NCBI GenBank assembly: GCA_963677925.2
Contig: CAXXYH010000003.1
Coordinates: 1,568,001-1,632,000, forward strand
Source: Spirochaetia bacterium
GTDB taxonomy: Bacteria; Spirochaetota; Spirochaetia; UBA9216
Direction: 5' to 3'
DNA: 64,000 nucleotides
Positions within the stretch are counted from its first letter, which is position 1. Every line of letters starts with the position of its first letter. Below, piece after piece: positions 41,068-49,402 of this stretch. Position numbers and translations under genes: made by a program. The notes under the pieces were generated by a model that did not search any database, was not told where the DNA came from, and saw only the letters and a program-made list of their open reading frames with translations.

Positions 41068-42291
41068 TCAGCAGAATTTATCAATCTTTTTTGAAATTAT
41101 AAGACGTATAGTATCTTCCGGAACATTTTCAAACTCTCTCCAGACCGACCATCTTGCTCCAATCAGAGTTTTACTCATTCCATACCACATTGATAGATAA
41201 GCAGGAACCATAAGAGGATAACGCCGTTCCAGAGCGGCCTGCTTAAATTCGTATATAACTTCATTTTCGTTAAAATTAATAATTGAATATTCTATCAATA
41301 AAACCTGAAGTATTACTTCAATAAATCCACCAAGAACCCGGCCGTCATTAACATCATTTGGAACGCCCAGCCAGTCCCGAAGTCCTTTTATGGCAAAGAA
41401 TTCCCCGAACATCGTCTTGCCTGTAGCCTCAAACATACATCTGATCATATGCTCAACACTTTGCGGGTCTAATTCACCAGAGGCAATCTTTACATTTAAA
41501 ACATTTATCACGTATGAAGCTCCCAGAGGGTGAACAAGTGTTGATCCGTAACACTGCGCCGCTGTTAGTTCGCCTGTTAATCCGTTACTGAATTTGTAGC
41601 CGCATTCCTCTCTAAGCTGCATAGGTTCCACAACCATCTGCTCTTCAGGAGTGAATTTTATCTGGTCATCAGTTGCTATTGGTCCGAACTTTTCCCAGAC
41701 CTGCTTTTCCGGCATAGGAAATTTTGTACGATCTTCAGCTATAACCCTGCAATGAAGATCACCGCATCCGATAGCTTCTACCATATTATATTCAGTGTCT
41801 GGGCCGAAGGCTTCACCGACACCCTGCAGGGATGCCGTAGTTGCACGGCAGAATTCCGATCCCAGAATATCCCAGGGGCAGACATCAAGCTCCTTTTCTA
41901 CTCTGTACTGTCCGAAATCATTCACTCTGCCAGGCATACACTGCCGATCATCCCCGGCATCTCCCATGACACCGCCAATATACCCTCCCTGCATAAAAGG
42001 GTGTATACAGTAATTATCAATATTCATCTGCTTGACTATCGGCATTGAAAACATACCTGCCATTGCCTTTCTATTAACCTCACAAAGCAATGAAGCCCTT
42101 TCTTTATAATCAGGTATCAATATACGTAAAGCCTGAATAAAAACCGTATCAATAACCGGGATATGCCGGCATAAATAGTGATATGCATCATGGAAAGAAA
42201 TCAATTTCTCCCATGGGGTTTTTATTGCAGGGTGTTCAGGAAGAGCCCCCTTACCAACTTCTCTTGGTATATGTGTACTATATTTACTCAT
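41068..42291 (-). CDS. Uncharacterised Cys-motif protein, V4R/ATC-hydrolase-like metal site
   Basis: ELDVCPW..GSEFC...VEAIGCGDLHCRV resembles the CP..C..GD..C signature of V4R-type domains; RBS AGGAG. Confidence 0.55.
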   Translation of the reverse strand: MSKYSTHIPREVGKGALPEHPAIKTPWEKLISFHDAYHYLCRHIPVIDTVFIQALRILIPDYKERASLLCEVNRKAMAGMFSMPIVKQMNIDNYCIHPFMQGGYIGGVMGDAGDDRQCMPGRVNDFGQYRVEKELDVCPWDILGSEFCRATTASLQGVGEAFGPDTEYNMVEAIGCGDLHCRVIAEDRTKFPMPEKQVWEKFGPIATDDQIKFTPEEQMVVEPMQLREECGYKFSNGLTGELTAAQCYGSTLVHPLGASYVINVLNVKIASGELDPQSVEHMIRCMFEATGKTMFGEFFAIKGLRDWLGVPNDVNDGRVLGGFIEVILQVLLIEYSIINFNENEVIYEFKQAALERRYPLMVPAYLSMWYGMSKTLIGARWSVWREFENVPEDTIRLIISKKIDKFC

Positions 42292-42321
42292 CTTATTTCT
42301 CCTAACTGATATATAACCGAC

Positions 42322-43338
42322 TTAATAAAAGACTTTTTCGGTGACTAAAGCTTCAAATCCGTTCATTTTTACTTTATCCCCGATATTTACTTTTCCTTTA
42401 TCAAGTAATGCATAACCGATATTCTTGTTTATCATGTAAGAATAACTGACTTTTTTTACTATCCCTACTTTTTGATCATCAAGAAAAACTTCTGCCGGAA
42501 CGTTTCCTATACTGCTGTTCGGAATATGGATATCATCTTCATCAACCGTAAAACCGAACATTTGCCTTTTTGGTCCTTCTTCCTTAATTTTAGCAAGGGC
42601 AGCTTTCCCAATAAAATTCTTGTTCCAGTCGATGGATCGTTCAAATCCAACCTCAAGCGGGTTTGTTCCTTTAAGATCAGCCATAAGATAAAGCCCTTTT
42701 TCAGTGGACAGCGTCCAGGCAAGCACCTGAAACTCTGTAATATGAACAGCTCCGAAAGCAGTTCCGGCTTCGGATAGTTTTTCTGCAATCACCGGAGTGT
42801 TTTCGGGATCAGAATAAATTTCATAACCGATTTTTTCGCCTGCAAAGCCGGCTCTGGCTATTTTAACAGGTATACCATCAAAACTGTTATCTGCAATAGT
42901 GAAGAATTTCATGTCGTCAATTGGTTTTGCAAGTAAAACATTTAACAAATCTTTTGATCTGGGGCCCTGAACAGAATGCATATCCCATTTCGGGGTTACA
43001 TCAGCATATTCTACTTTTAATCCTTCTTTGTGAGCATCGAACCAGTCTGTCAGTCTTTTTTTAAACAGCGTAGATATCCAGAATTTTTGCTGCTCGATCC
43101 GGAAGATAACAACATCATCAATAATTATACCTTCATCATTAAGCGCTGTTGTATACCTTGCACATCCTGTTTTTAAAGATGAAATGTTATTCACGTAAAT
43201 TTTATCAAGAAACGATACAGAATCTTCGCCAGTTACTTCTATCAGATAATGCGTGAAGTAGTACCATCCGACAGTCTTTCGAACAGCTTCGTGCTGTTCT
43301 CTTTTCATTTCATCATCTTTATAAACGTTCTTAAACAT
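42322..43338 (-). CDS. GcvT-family THF-dependent aminomethyltransferase/demethylase-like protein
   Basis: QHEAVRK, G.IIDDVVIFR, VQGPRS, RAGFAGE..GYEIY, NFIGKAAL; no GcvP or GcvH in the window. Confidence 0.88.
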   Translation of the reverse strand: MFKNVYKDDEMKREQHEAVRKTVGWYYFTHYLIEVTGEDSVSFLDKIYVNNISSLKTGCARYTTALNDEGIIIDDVVIFRIEQQKFWISTLFKKRLTDWFDAHKEGLKVEYADVTPKWDMHSVQGPRSKDLLNVLLAKPIDDMKFFTIADNSFDGIPVKIARAGFAGEKIGYEIYSDPENTPVIAEKLSEAGTAFGAVHITEFQVLAWTLSTEKGLYLMADLKGTNPLEVGFERSIDWNKNFIGKAALAKIKEEGPKRQMFGFTVDEDDIHIPNSSIGNVPAEVFLDDQKVGIVKKVSYSYMINKNIGYALLDKGKVNIGDKVKMNGFEALVTEKVFY

Positions 43339-43393
43339 ATAGACCGCTCCTTTCGGGGATTACGGCGATTTTACCTTTCTGCCTTTTAGACAT
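43331..43393 (-). CDS. Putative 20-aa leader ORF overlapping the GcvT-like start
   Basis: GGGAGG RBS, then ATG 43393: MSKRQKGKIAVIPERSGLYV*. Confidence 0.35.
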   Translation of the reverse strand: MSKRQKGKIAVIPERSGLYV

Positions 43394-43470
43394 AAATCTT
43401 CCTCCCTATAATACAACATTCAGTGAATTGCTTATTTATTCAGGCTAAACCCACTGGATTTATTCATAAA

Positions 43471-43486
43471 TACACTATTTTATGTA
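43471..43486. promoter_or_regulatory. 7-2-7 operator copy upstream of the GcvT-like operon
   Basis: TACACTA-TT-TTATGTA; candidate -10 TAGCCT at 43447-43442 (23-bp gap). Confidence 0.72.
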
Positions 43487-43533
43487 TTTGAAAATGCAGG
43501 AAGAGATGAGGTTAATTGTATTGATTTTATTTA

Positions 43534-44316
43534 TCAGTTAGCAGGAATTATTCCAAAACTATATAATTTGATAATTAGCTCCTGTCTGCTGCAGACATTT
43601 AATTTCTGGTAGATATTGGCAATATGCCTGTAAACGGTTGAAATACTTATAAAGAGTTTTTTGCTGATCTGATCCGGATTTAAACCCTCACAAATATGAC
43701 GGGAAATTTCACGCTCGCGGACTGATAGAATATCATCAAGCTTTTCAATATTTTTTTCATTATTTTTTAATAATGTAATATGTAAATTCCTAAACAGATT
43801 TTCCAGATGGAGCAGTATGATTTTCATGATAGCCTGTTCCCTCTTCGAATAACCTCTTTTACTGACTCTATCCAGGGCAAAAACACATTTAACAAAATCA
43901 TCGTATGCATGAATTGTAAATATAGCACTGTAGTTAATCCCCTGCGGTTTTATGTAATCTTTTAGAAATTCATCCTCAGACTGGGCAGTCCAATCAAGAA
44001 CACTGATATCTATATCAGTATAATACTTTGAATAATCTTTTATTAGATTCCCGATTGAATATTTGCCATTATCCAGTTTGGAATAATATTCAAGATAGAC
44101 ATCTGTCCAGTCCTTTTTTGTACCCATTTGCCAGTAATCGTTAATTTTACCATTGGTATTGAAAAAAAAGATTCGTGCCTGCTCGAATGGAATCAAATCA
44201 GATATATTTTGAATAGACTTATCAATAAAGGCTTCAGGGTCTCTTACACTCCCTGTTTTAAGCAGATAATCATTTATATTATTCCATGGTAATTTTTCAA
44301 CATACTTGGATTCCAT
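43534..44316 (-). CDS. LuxR-family regulator, paralogue 2
   Basis: Same length (260 aa) and collinear with 40090-40872; LSVREREI..ICEGL..ISISTVYRHIANI. Confidence 0.9.
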   Translation of the reverse strand: MESKYVEKLPWNNINDYLLKTGSVRDPEAFIDKSIQNISDLIPFEQARIFFFNTNGKINDYWQMGTKKDWTDVYLEYYSKLDNGKYSIGNLIKDYSKYYTDIDISVLDWTAQSEDEFLKDYIKPQGINYSAIFTIHAYDDFVKCVFALDRVSKRGYSKREQAIMKIILLHLENLFRNLHITLLKNNEKNIEKLDDILSVREREISRHICEGLNPDQISKKLFISISTVYRHIANIYQKLNVCSRQELIIKLYSFGIIPAN

Positions 44317-44357
44317 ATACCCATCTCAATAATTGGTGAAAGAACAGCAATTATTCA

Positions 44358-45962
44358 TCACTGCAAAGCATCCTGCAGCAATGCTGTTTGTGTTTTCATA
44401 CTATCCGCCAGCTTGGTAAGCTCTGCAACCGAATCACGAGAATTGGCTGCTCCCAACTTTATTTCATCGGCGCCCTGTGAAACTTCATCAATAATCCGGC
44501 TGACCTGCTGAACATTTTTCAGTATTTCAAGAGAAAAAGCAGCTACGTTTCTTGTATTCTCATCAACGGCCGAAGTTGAATCAGCCAGTATCTCAGCGGC
44601 ATTGTTTACATCTACGGCATCATTATCCAGTTTCTTCATAATTGATGCAATATCATTCATTGCAGAGTTAACTCTGGCTGCACTTAGATTAATTTGATTA
44701 AATGATTTACCGCTTTGTCCTACACGCTGATCGGTAAGGTATATTGCATCAGTTAAAGCTTTTAAATCTCTTTCAATACTTTCCGCACTGATTCTGCTCG
44801 ATTCAGCAAGTTTTCTTATTTCCTCTGCAACCACTGCAAAACCCTTACCTGAATCTCCGGCATGAGCAGCTTCTATTGCAGCATTCATTGAAAGCAGATT
44901 TGTCTGCGAAGAAATATCGGAAATCAGCTGAGTCATCTCCTTAATACTGTCAATCATTGTCACGACACGTCGAAATGCTTCCGTTGTTTCATTTAAGGTA
45001 TTTAATCCTTCAACTGAAGCTTCCTTAAGGCTGTCAGTATCTTCAGTTCTAGCCTGTATCTCCTTTGTTACTGATGCAATAGATGAAGCAATATTCTTAA
45101 CTCCGATTGAAGCGGCTGAAACACTGTCAGTCTGCCTGGATGATAGTTCCGCCAGGTTATCAATTCTATTATTGATCTGCCCTATGGAACTTTCGGTATT
45201 CTGAAATTGTTCGTTAAGATAAATAATCTGCTTATTTATAGATTGAACATTCTGTTCTATCTCATAACTTGAGGATGTAGTTTCTTCTGCTGCAATTTTC
45301 AGTAAATCACTGTTATTCATCTGAACAGCAACCTGTGACATTATGCGCCTGCTTTTTTGCTCGGCATGATGAGATCTTTCAAGTTCTGCAGCAAGATTAT
45401 TTAATAATTTTTTAAAGATAGTCTGACTTGAAACACCGACACCTATAAAAACCAGAAGCAGGACTATTGCAGGTATTCCAAGACTTATAAAAATACCAGA
45501 ATTTAATTTACCGTTAAGAAAATCAATTAAAATATGAACCATACTGCTGAATAAAATAAAACCGGCAAAAGAATTGGTTATCTTCCGGGAACTGAGCAGT
45601 AATGAAATAATCAGAAAGATAGCGCCGTAGGCTGCAGATTCAAAAATATATGAATATGCTTCAAGCCCCATAGTGGATAGAGCAACTGAAATGGATATAA
45701 AGAAGGTAGGTCCTATGATATTTGTAGACAGTTCATATTTACCTTTAAAGAGACTTATAGTTGCAAAAATAAGTACAGCCTCAGCAATTAAAAAAGTTAC
45801 AAACAGATAATTAAACACCAGATGAATTACCATATTCAAAATAAATAAAGTGTATAGTATATCAAAAATAAGCAGTATCACGATTGATATTACTGATTTA
45901 AGTCGTATCTCATAACTGGAGTTCTTATATATTTGTTCAATATGATTAAGTATATTTTTCAT
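44358..45962 (-). CDS. Methyl-accepting chemotaxis protein with multi-TM sensor
   Basis: ISSQTNLLSMNAAIEAAHAGDSGKGFAVVAEEIRKLAE; about 6 N-terminal TMs. Confidence 0.93.
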   Translation of the reverse strand: MKNILNHIEQIYKNSSYEIRLKSVISIVILLIFDILYTLFILNMVIHLVFNYLFVTFLIAEAVLIFATISLFKGKYELSTNIIGPTFFISISVALSTMGLEAYSYIFESAAYGAIFLIISLLLSSRKITNSFAGFILFSSMVHILIDFLNGKLNSGIFISLGIPAIVLLLVFIGVGVSSQTIFKKLLNNLAAELERSHHAEQKSRRIMSQVAVQMNNSDLLKIAAEETTSSSYEIEQNVQSINKQIIYLNEQFQNTESSIGQINNRIDNLAELSSRQTDSVSAASIGVKNIASSIASVTKEIQARTEDTDSLKEASVEGLNTLNETTEAFRRVVTMIDSIKEMTQLISDISSQTNLLSMNAAIEAAHAGDSGKGFAVVAEEIRKLAESSRISAESIERDLKALTDAIYLTDQRVGQSGKSFNQINLSAARVNSAMNDIASIMKKLDNDAVDVNNAAEILADSTSAVDENTRNVAAFSLEILKNVQQVSRIIDEVSQGADEIKLGAANSRDSVAELTKLADSMKTQTALLQDALQ

Positions 45963-46020
45963 CGAATACCTTTCTATTTAAGTCATAATTATATCGTTTT
46001 ATTATAACAGATCTCTGAAC

Positions 46021-47700
46021 TCAAGTTGTTTCTGAATTATTAATTTTATCCTTTTTTTGCATATATCTGAAAAATATAAAAAAAGTTCCGGACAGCAGCA
46101 AACAAAGCGCCGCCTGGTAAAAAACCCATCCGGGCAGGCCCATAAATATAACATGACCTCCATCAAAAATAAAATAATTTAAAAAATCAGTTCCCATAAT
46201 CAGCAGAAGTACAAATACTGTCATCCAGGCTGGAGGAAGTTTGGAAGAAAGGCTGTATACATGGATATCATTATCAAAAAAAGAGGAATTATTTAAATGC
46301 GAGCCTGCAAACATGGCAAGCCATGAAGCACTGCATATAATAAAAACAGCAGGTATTTTACCAAAACTGATAAACCCAAGGCCATGAAACAATGTCAGCA
46401 TTTCACCGACCAGGATTGAAGCAAAAGCTCCGGTAAAATTCAGTTTTTTACAGTACAAGCCGCCAAAAACCAGAGGAGCCAGAGCTGCATAACCAAGAAA
46501 GCTTGATTTATTAATAAAATCAAGAATATTTTTTGGAGGAAAGAGAGCGATTAAAAGCCCGCTTAAGGCTATTAGTCCGGTAATAATTCTTATCAGCCCA
46601 ATTTTTAAATCCTTCTTTCCCATTAAATCTCTTGTTATAATTGATGAAAGACTTAACAGCTGTGAGTCAAGCGAGGACATTATTGCAGCGAGCGGGGCAA
46701 TCATGAAAACCGAGGCCATCACAGGATTAACCGCTTCCGCTGTCACCATCGGCCATATACGGTCTGTGCTGCCTGAATCCAGACCGGGAAATATTCCGGC
46801 ACCGATTACACCTACAGAAATAGTTAAAAAGAATAAAACCATTGTTATTACCGGATAAAATGAAACTGTTTTGTTCAGGGTATTAACATTTTTTGCTGCA
46901 AGAAATCTTTGATTCAACTGAGGAAACATCGGATCAGCAAAAAACCACAGAACAATATATCCCGCGAGCGTACTGAAGTTTATCCCCGGGCCGCGTCCTG
47001 ATCTGCTGAACAATTCAGGAACTGCTCTGTAGGTTAATGCATGAACTTCTGAAAAACCGCCGAAATGTTTAACTGCTGCGCCATACGCAGCAGCCGCAAG
47101 TACCAGCATTATTACACCCTGAAAAAGATCAGTTCTTGCAACAGCCCGCATTCCTCCCCGTGTAGTATACAGACCGACAACCAGTGAACATGTAATTACA
47201 CCGATTCGATATGGAACACCGAAAAATGATTCGAGTATGATACCGGCCGACATAGGCTGAAGTGCCAGATACGGCAATGTCAGGAGAATTAAAACTACAG
47301 AATATATTTTTGTAAGTTTCCTGTTTCTGTACCTATCCTGAACATAGTCTGCCGGACTTACATATCCCCGCAGGCGTCCGAGTTCTCCAAGGGGAGCTCC
47401 TACCAGATACATTCCGAGAGCCATAAACCCGGTACCGAAAGCCATCACAGGATAAAATGCGTAACCGATTCTATATCCGGCTCCGGATAATCCAAGTATG
47501 GTAAAAGCCGAAAAGTTGGTAGCAGCAGTAGATACAAGCAATACCGCAGTCGACATCTTTTTTCCAGACAGAAAGTAGTTTTCATCAGATCCGTATTTTA
47601 TTGAATTTATTTTGTTTGATTGTTTATTATTAAAAGGGCTGAAGTCAATAACAATAATAATTAAGAAATAAAGAACCAGCAGTAGAATTCCCAAGAGCAT
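46021..47700 (-). CDS. Sodium:solute symporter family protein with an extra C-terminal two-TM module
   Basis: YFLSGK, ATNFSAFT..G..G, GGMRAVARTDLFQG, AAIMSSLDSQLL; tail GLPGWVFY. Confidence 0.88.
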   Translation of the reverse strand: MLLGILLLVLYFLIIIVIDFSPFNNKQSNKINSIKYGSDENYFLSGKKMSTAVLLVSTAATNFSAFTILGLSGAGYRIGYAFYPVMAFGTGFMALGMYLVGAPLGELGRLRGYVSPADYVQDRYRNRKLTKIYSVVLILLTLPYLALQPMSAGIILESFFGVPYRIGVITCSLVVGLYTTRGGMRAVARTDLFQGVIMLVLAAAAYGAAVKHFGGFSEVHALTYRAVPELFSRSGRGPGINFSTLAGYIVLWFFADPMFPQLNQRFLAAKNVNTLNKTVSFYPVITMVLFFLTISVGVIGAGIFPGLDSGSTDRIWPMVTAEAVNPVMASVFMIAPLAAIMSSLDSQLLSLSSIITRDLMGKKDLKIGLIRIITGLIALSGLLIALFPPKNILDFINKSSFLGYAALAPLVFGGLYCKKLNFTGAFASILVGEMLTLFHGLGFISFGKIPAVFIICSASWLAMFAGSHLNNSSFFDNDIHVYSLSSKLPPAWMTVFVLLLIMGTDFLNYFIFDGGHVIFMGLPGWVFYQAALCLLLSGTFFIFFRYMQKKDKINNSETT

Positions 47701-48012
47701 ATAGCCTCCCCTGAGCCGGGATGGTTATTTAAAACCTTGCATAGCTCTTAGATAGTCTTGAACAAAGTCAGAAGAATTTATATAAGAATTAACTTCTATA
47801 GTCAATGCCCCAAAAAACTTTTCCCATTTTTTAAACATTTATGCAGAGCTATGCAGAACTGCAATATTAATTCCGGGCTTATCACATATAAGTAGTGTAT
47901 TGCTTCCCCTCTGCTTTATAAATATTCAGAATATATGGTCTTAGTTAATTTAAAAGAAATTTTAATAAATTATTATTTATCTCATGCTTATTTAGACCTA
48001 CAATTGAGTTAT

Positions 48013-48999
48013 ATGAATATTCTAATAACCGGCGGATTCGGTAACATCGGCATTTCTGTAATAGAAGAATGTCTCAGACGGGAACACTCAGTTACTGTTT
48101 TTGATCTCAAAAATAGAAGAACAGAGAAAGCTGCCAAAAAATTTTCAAAGCAAATGGTAAGAACGGTTTTCGGTAATATTACAAATATCACTGATGTGTC
48201 AAAAGCCGCTAAAGATCAGGATGCGGTCATCCATCTGGCGGCAATACTTCCGCCGCTAAGCAACAGCAATCCGGCATTATGCAGAGCAGTAAATGTTACC
48301 GGTATTAAAAACCTGATTGATTCCATTAAAGCCTTGAATAAAAATACAGTATTTGTAGAAGTCTCTTCAGCCAGTGTAATGGGGCCAACACAGAAAAAGA
48401 GCCCGCCTGTCTGCTCTGATGATCCAATGAATGGTACTGATAATTATTCAAAGACAAAGATTGAAGCTGAAACTCTTGTAGAAAAATCCGGCTTGCCATC
48501 TTGCATTCTGCGTCTTGCCGCGGTACTGCCTACTAATATCAATCTTTCATATTTTACTAACATGATAAAGGTAATGTTTGATATGCCTTTGGATGCAAGA
48601 TGTGAAATTGTACTTGATCTTGACGTCGCTTCAGCCCTTGTATCGGCAGCCGAAAATCTTTACAGCGGTGGAAGTCTCTGTGGTAAGAAAGGATTTATTG
48701 CAGGCGGAGATAAAAACAGCTGCAGGCTTACCAACAGAGATATGCTGACATCAGTATTCAAACAAACAGGTCTTTCCTTTCCAAGTGAAGAGCTGTTCTC
48801 TTCTAATATAAACAACTATTACCTGGACTGGTATGACACAGAGGATATGCAGAAGATTCTCTGTTTCCAGAATCATTCATTTGATCAGTGGAAAAGTATA
48901 ATAGGTAGAAAGCTGTCTGCCTATAAACTTCCCATTCTGCTGTTTAACCGTACTATTCTGAAATGGCTGGAAAATCAGGCTCCTGATTTTCGAAGCTGA
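48013..48999 (+). CDS. NAD-dependent epimerase/dehydratase family protein
   Basis: MNILITGGFGNIG, VIHLAA, SSASV, YSKTK; start moved to the ATG at 48013. Confidence 0.88.
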   Translation: MNILITGGFGNIGISVIEECLRREHSVTVFDLKNRRTEKAAKKFSKQMVRTVFGNITNITDVSKAAKDQDAVIHLAAILPPLSNSNPALCRAVNVTGIKNLIDSIKALNKNTVFVEVSSASVMGPTQKKSPPVCSDDPMNGTDNYSKTKIEAETLVEKSGLPSCILRLAAVLPTNINLSYFTNMIKVMFDMPLDARCEIVLDLDVASALVSAAENLYSGGSLCGKKGFIAGGDKNSCRLTNRDMLTSVFKQTGLSFPSEELFSSNINNYYLDWYDTEDMQKILCFQNHSFDQWKSIIGRKLSAYKLPILLFNRTILKWLENQAPDFRS

Positions 49000-49041
49000 T
49001 ACAGGATCTCAATACTCTATATTGCATTTTGAGAAGACAGT

Positions 49042-49401
49042 TCAAAACTCCATCAGCACATTACTTGTCAACACCACATCAACTTCCAATCCCAGTACAT
49101 TTTGAATAATGACAGAACCTGTCCCTAATCGTTTGTCCAGCCTGACTTTATGAATCTCATCCATTACATCAAAGATTCTCGCCTTAGGAATTTCCGCTGA
49201 GATTTTCACCGGGACAACCGGTGTTTCTGAAAATGAGGTCCTTACTGTGGAGCTGATGGTTCTCATGGGAGAGGTCAGCTCGGATAGGGCAAAGCTTTTT
49301 CCTCTGGGACAGCTGTATCCGCTGATATCAGGTTCATCAGCTTTCCCGCTTATTTTCAACATGCAGCCTTTCGGGCATTCAATACATACAATTTCAGTCA
49401 T
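49042..49401 (-). CDS. DUF1667 CxxC metal-binding protein
   Basis: CIECPKGC...GYSCPRG; usual third gene of the GlpA-like FAD oxidoreductase triad. Confidence 0.85.
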   Translation of the reverse strand: MTEIVCIECPKGCMLKISGKADEPDISGYSCPRGKSFALSELTSPMRTISSTVRTSFSETPVVPVKISAEIPKARIFDVMDEIHKVRLDKRLGTGSVIIQNVLGLEVDVVLTSNVLMEF

Positions 49402-49402
49402 T

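Noticed and set aside
47700-47800. Possible riboswitch in the leader of the sodium:solute symporter
   Set aside because: Could not match the consensus of TPP, SAM, THF, ZTP, preQ1 or cobalamin aptamers by eye. An Rfam/Infernal scan would be needed.
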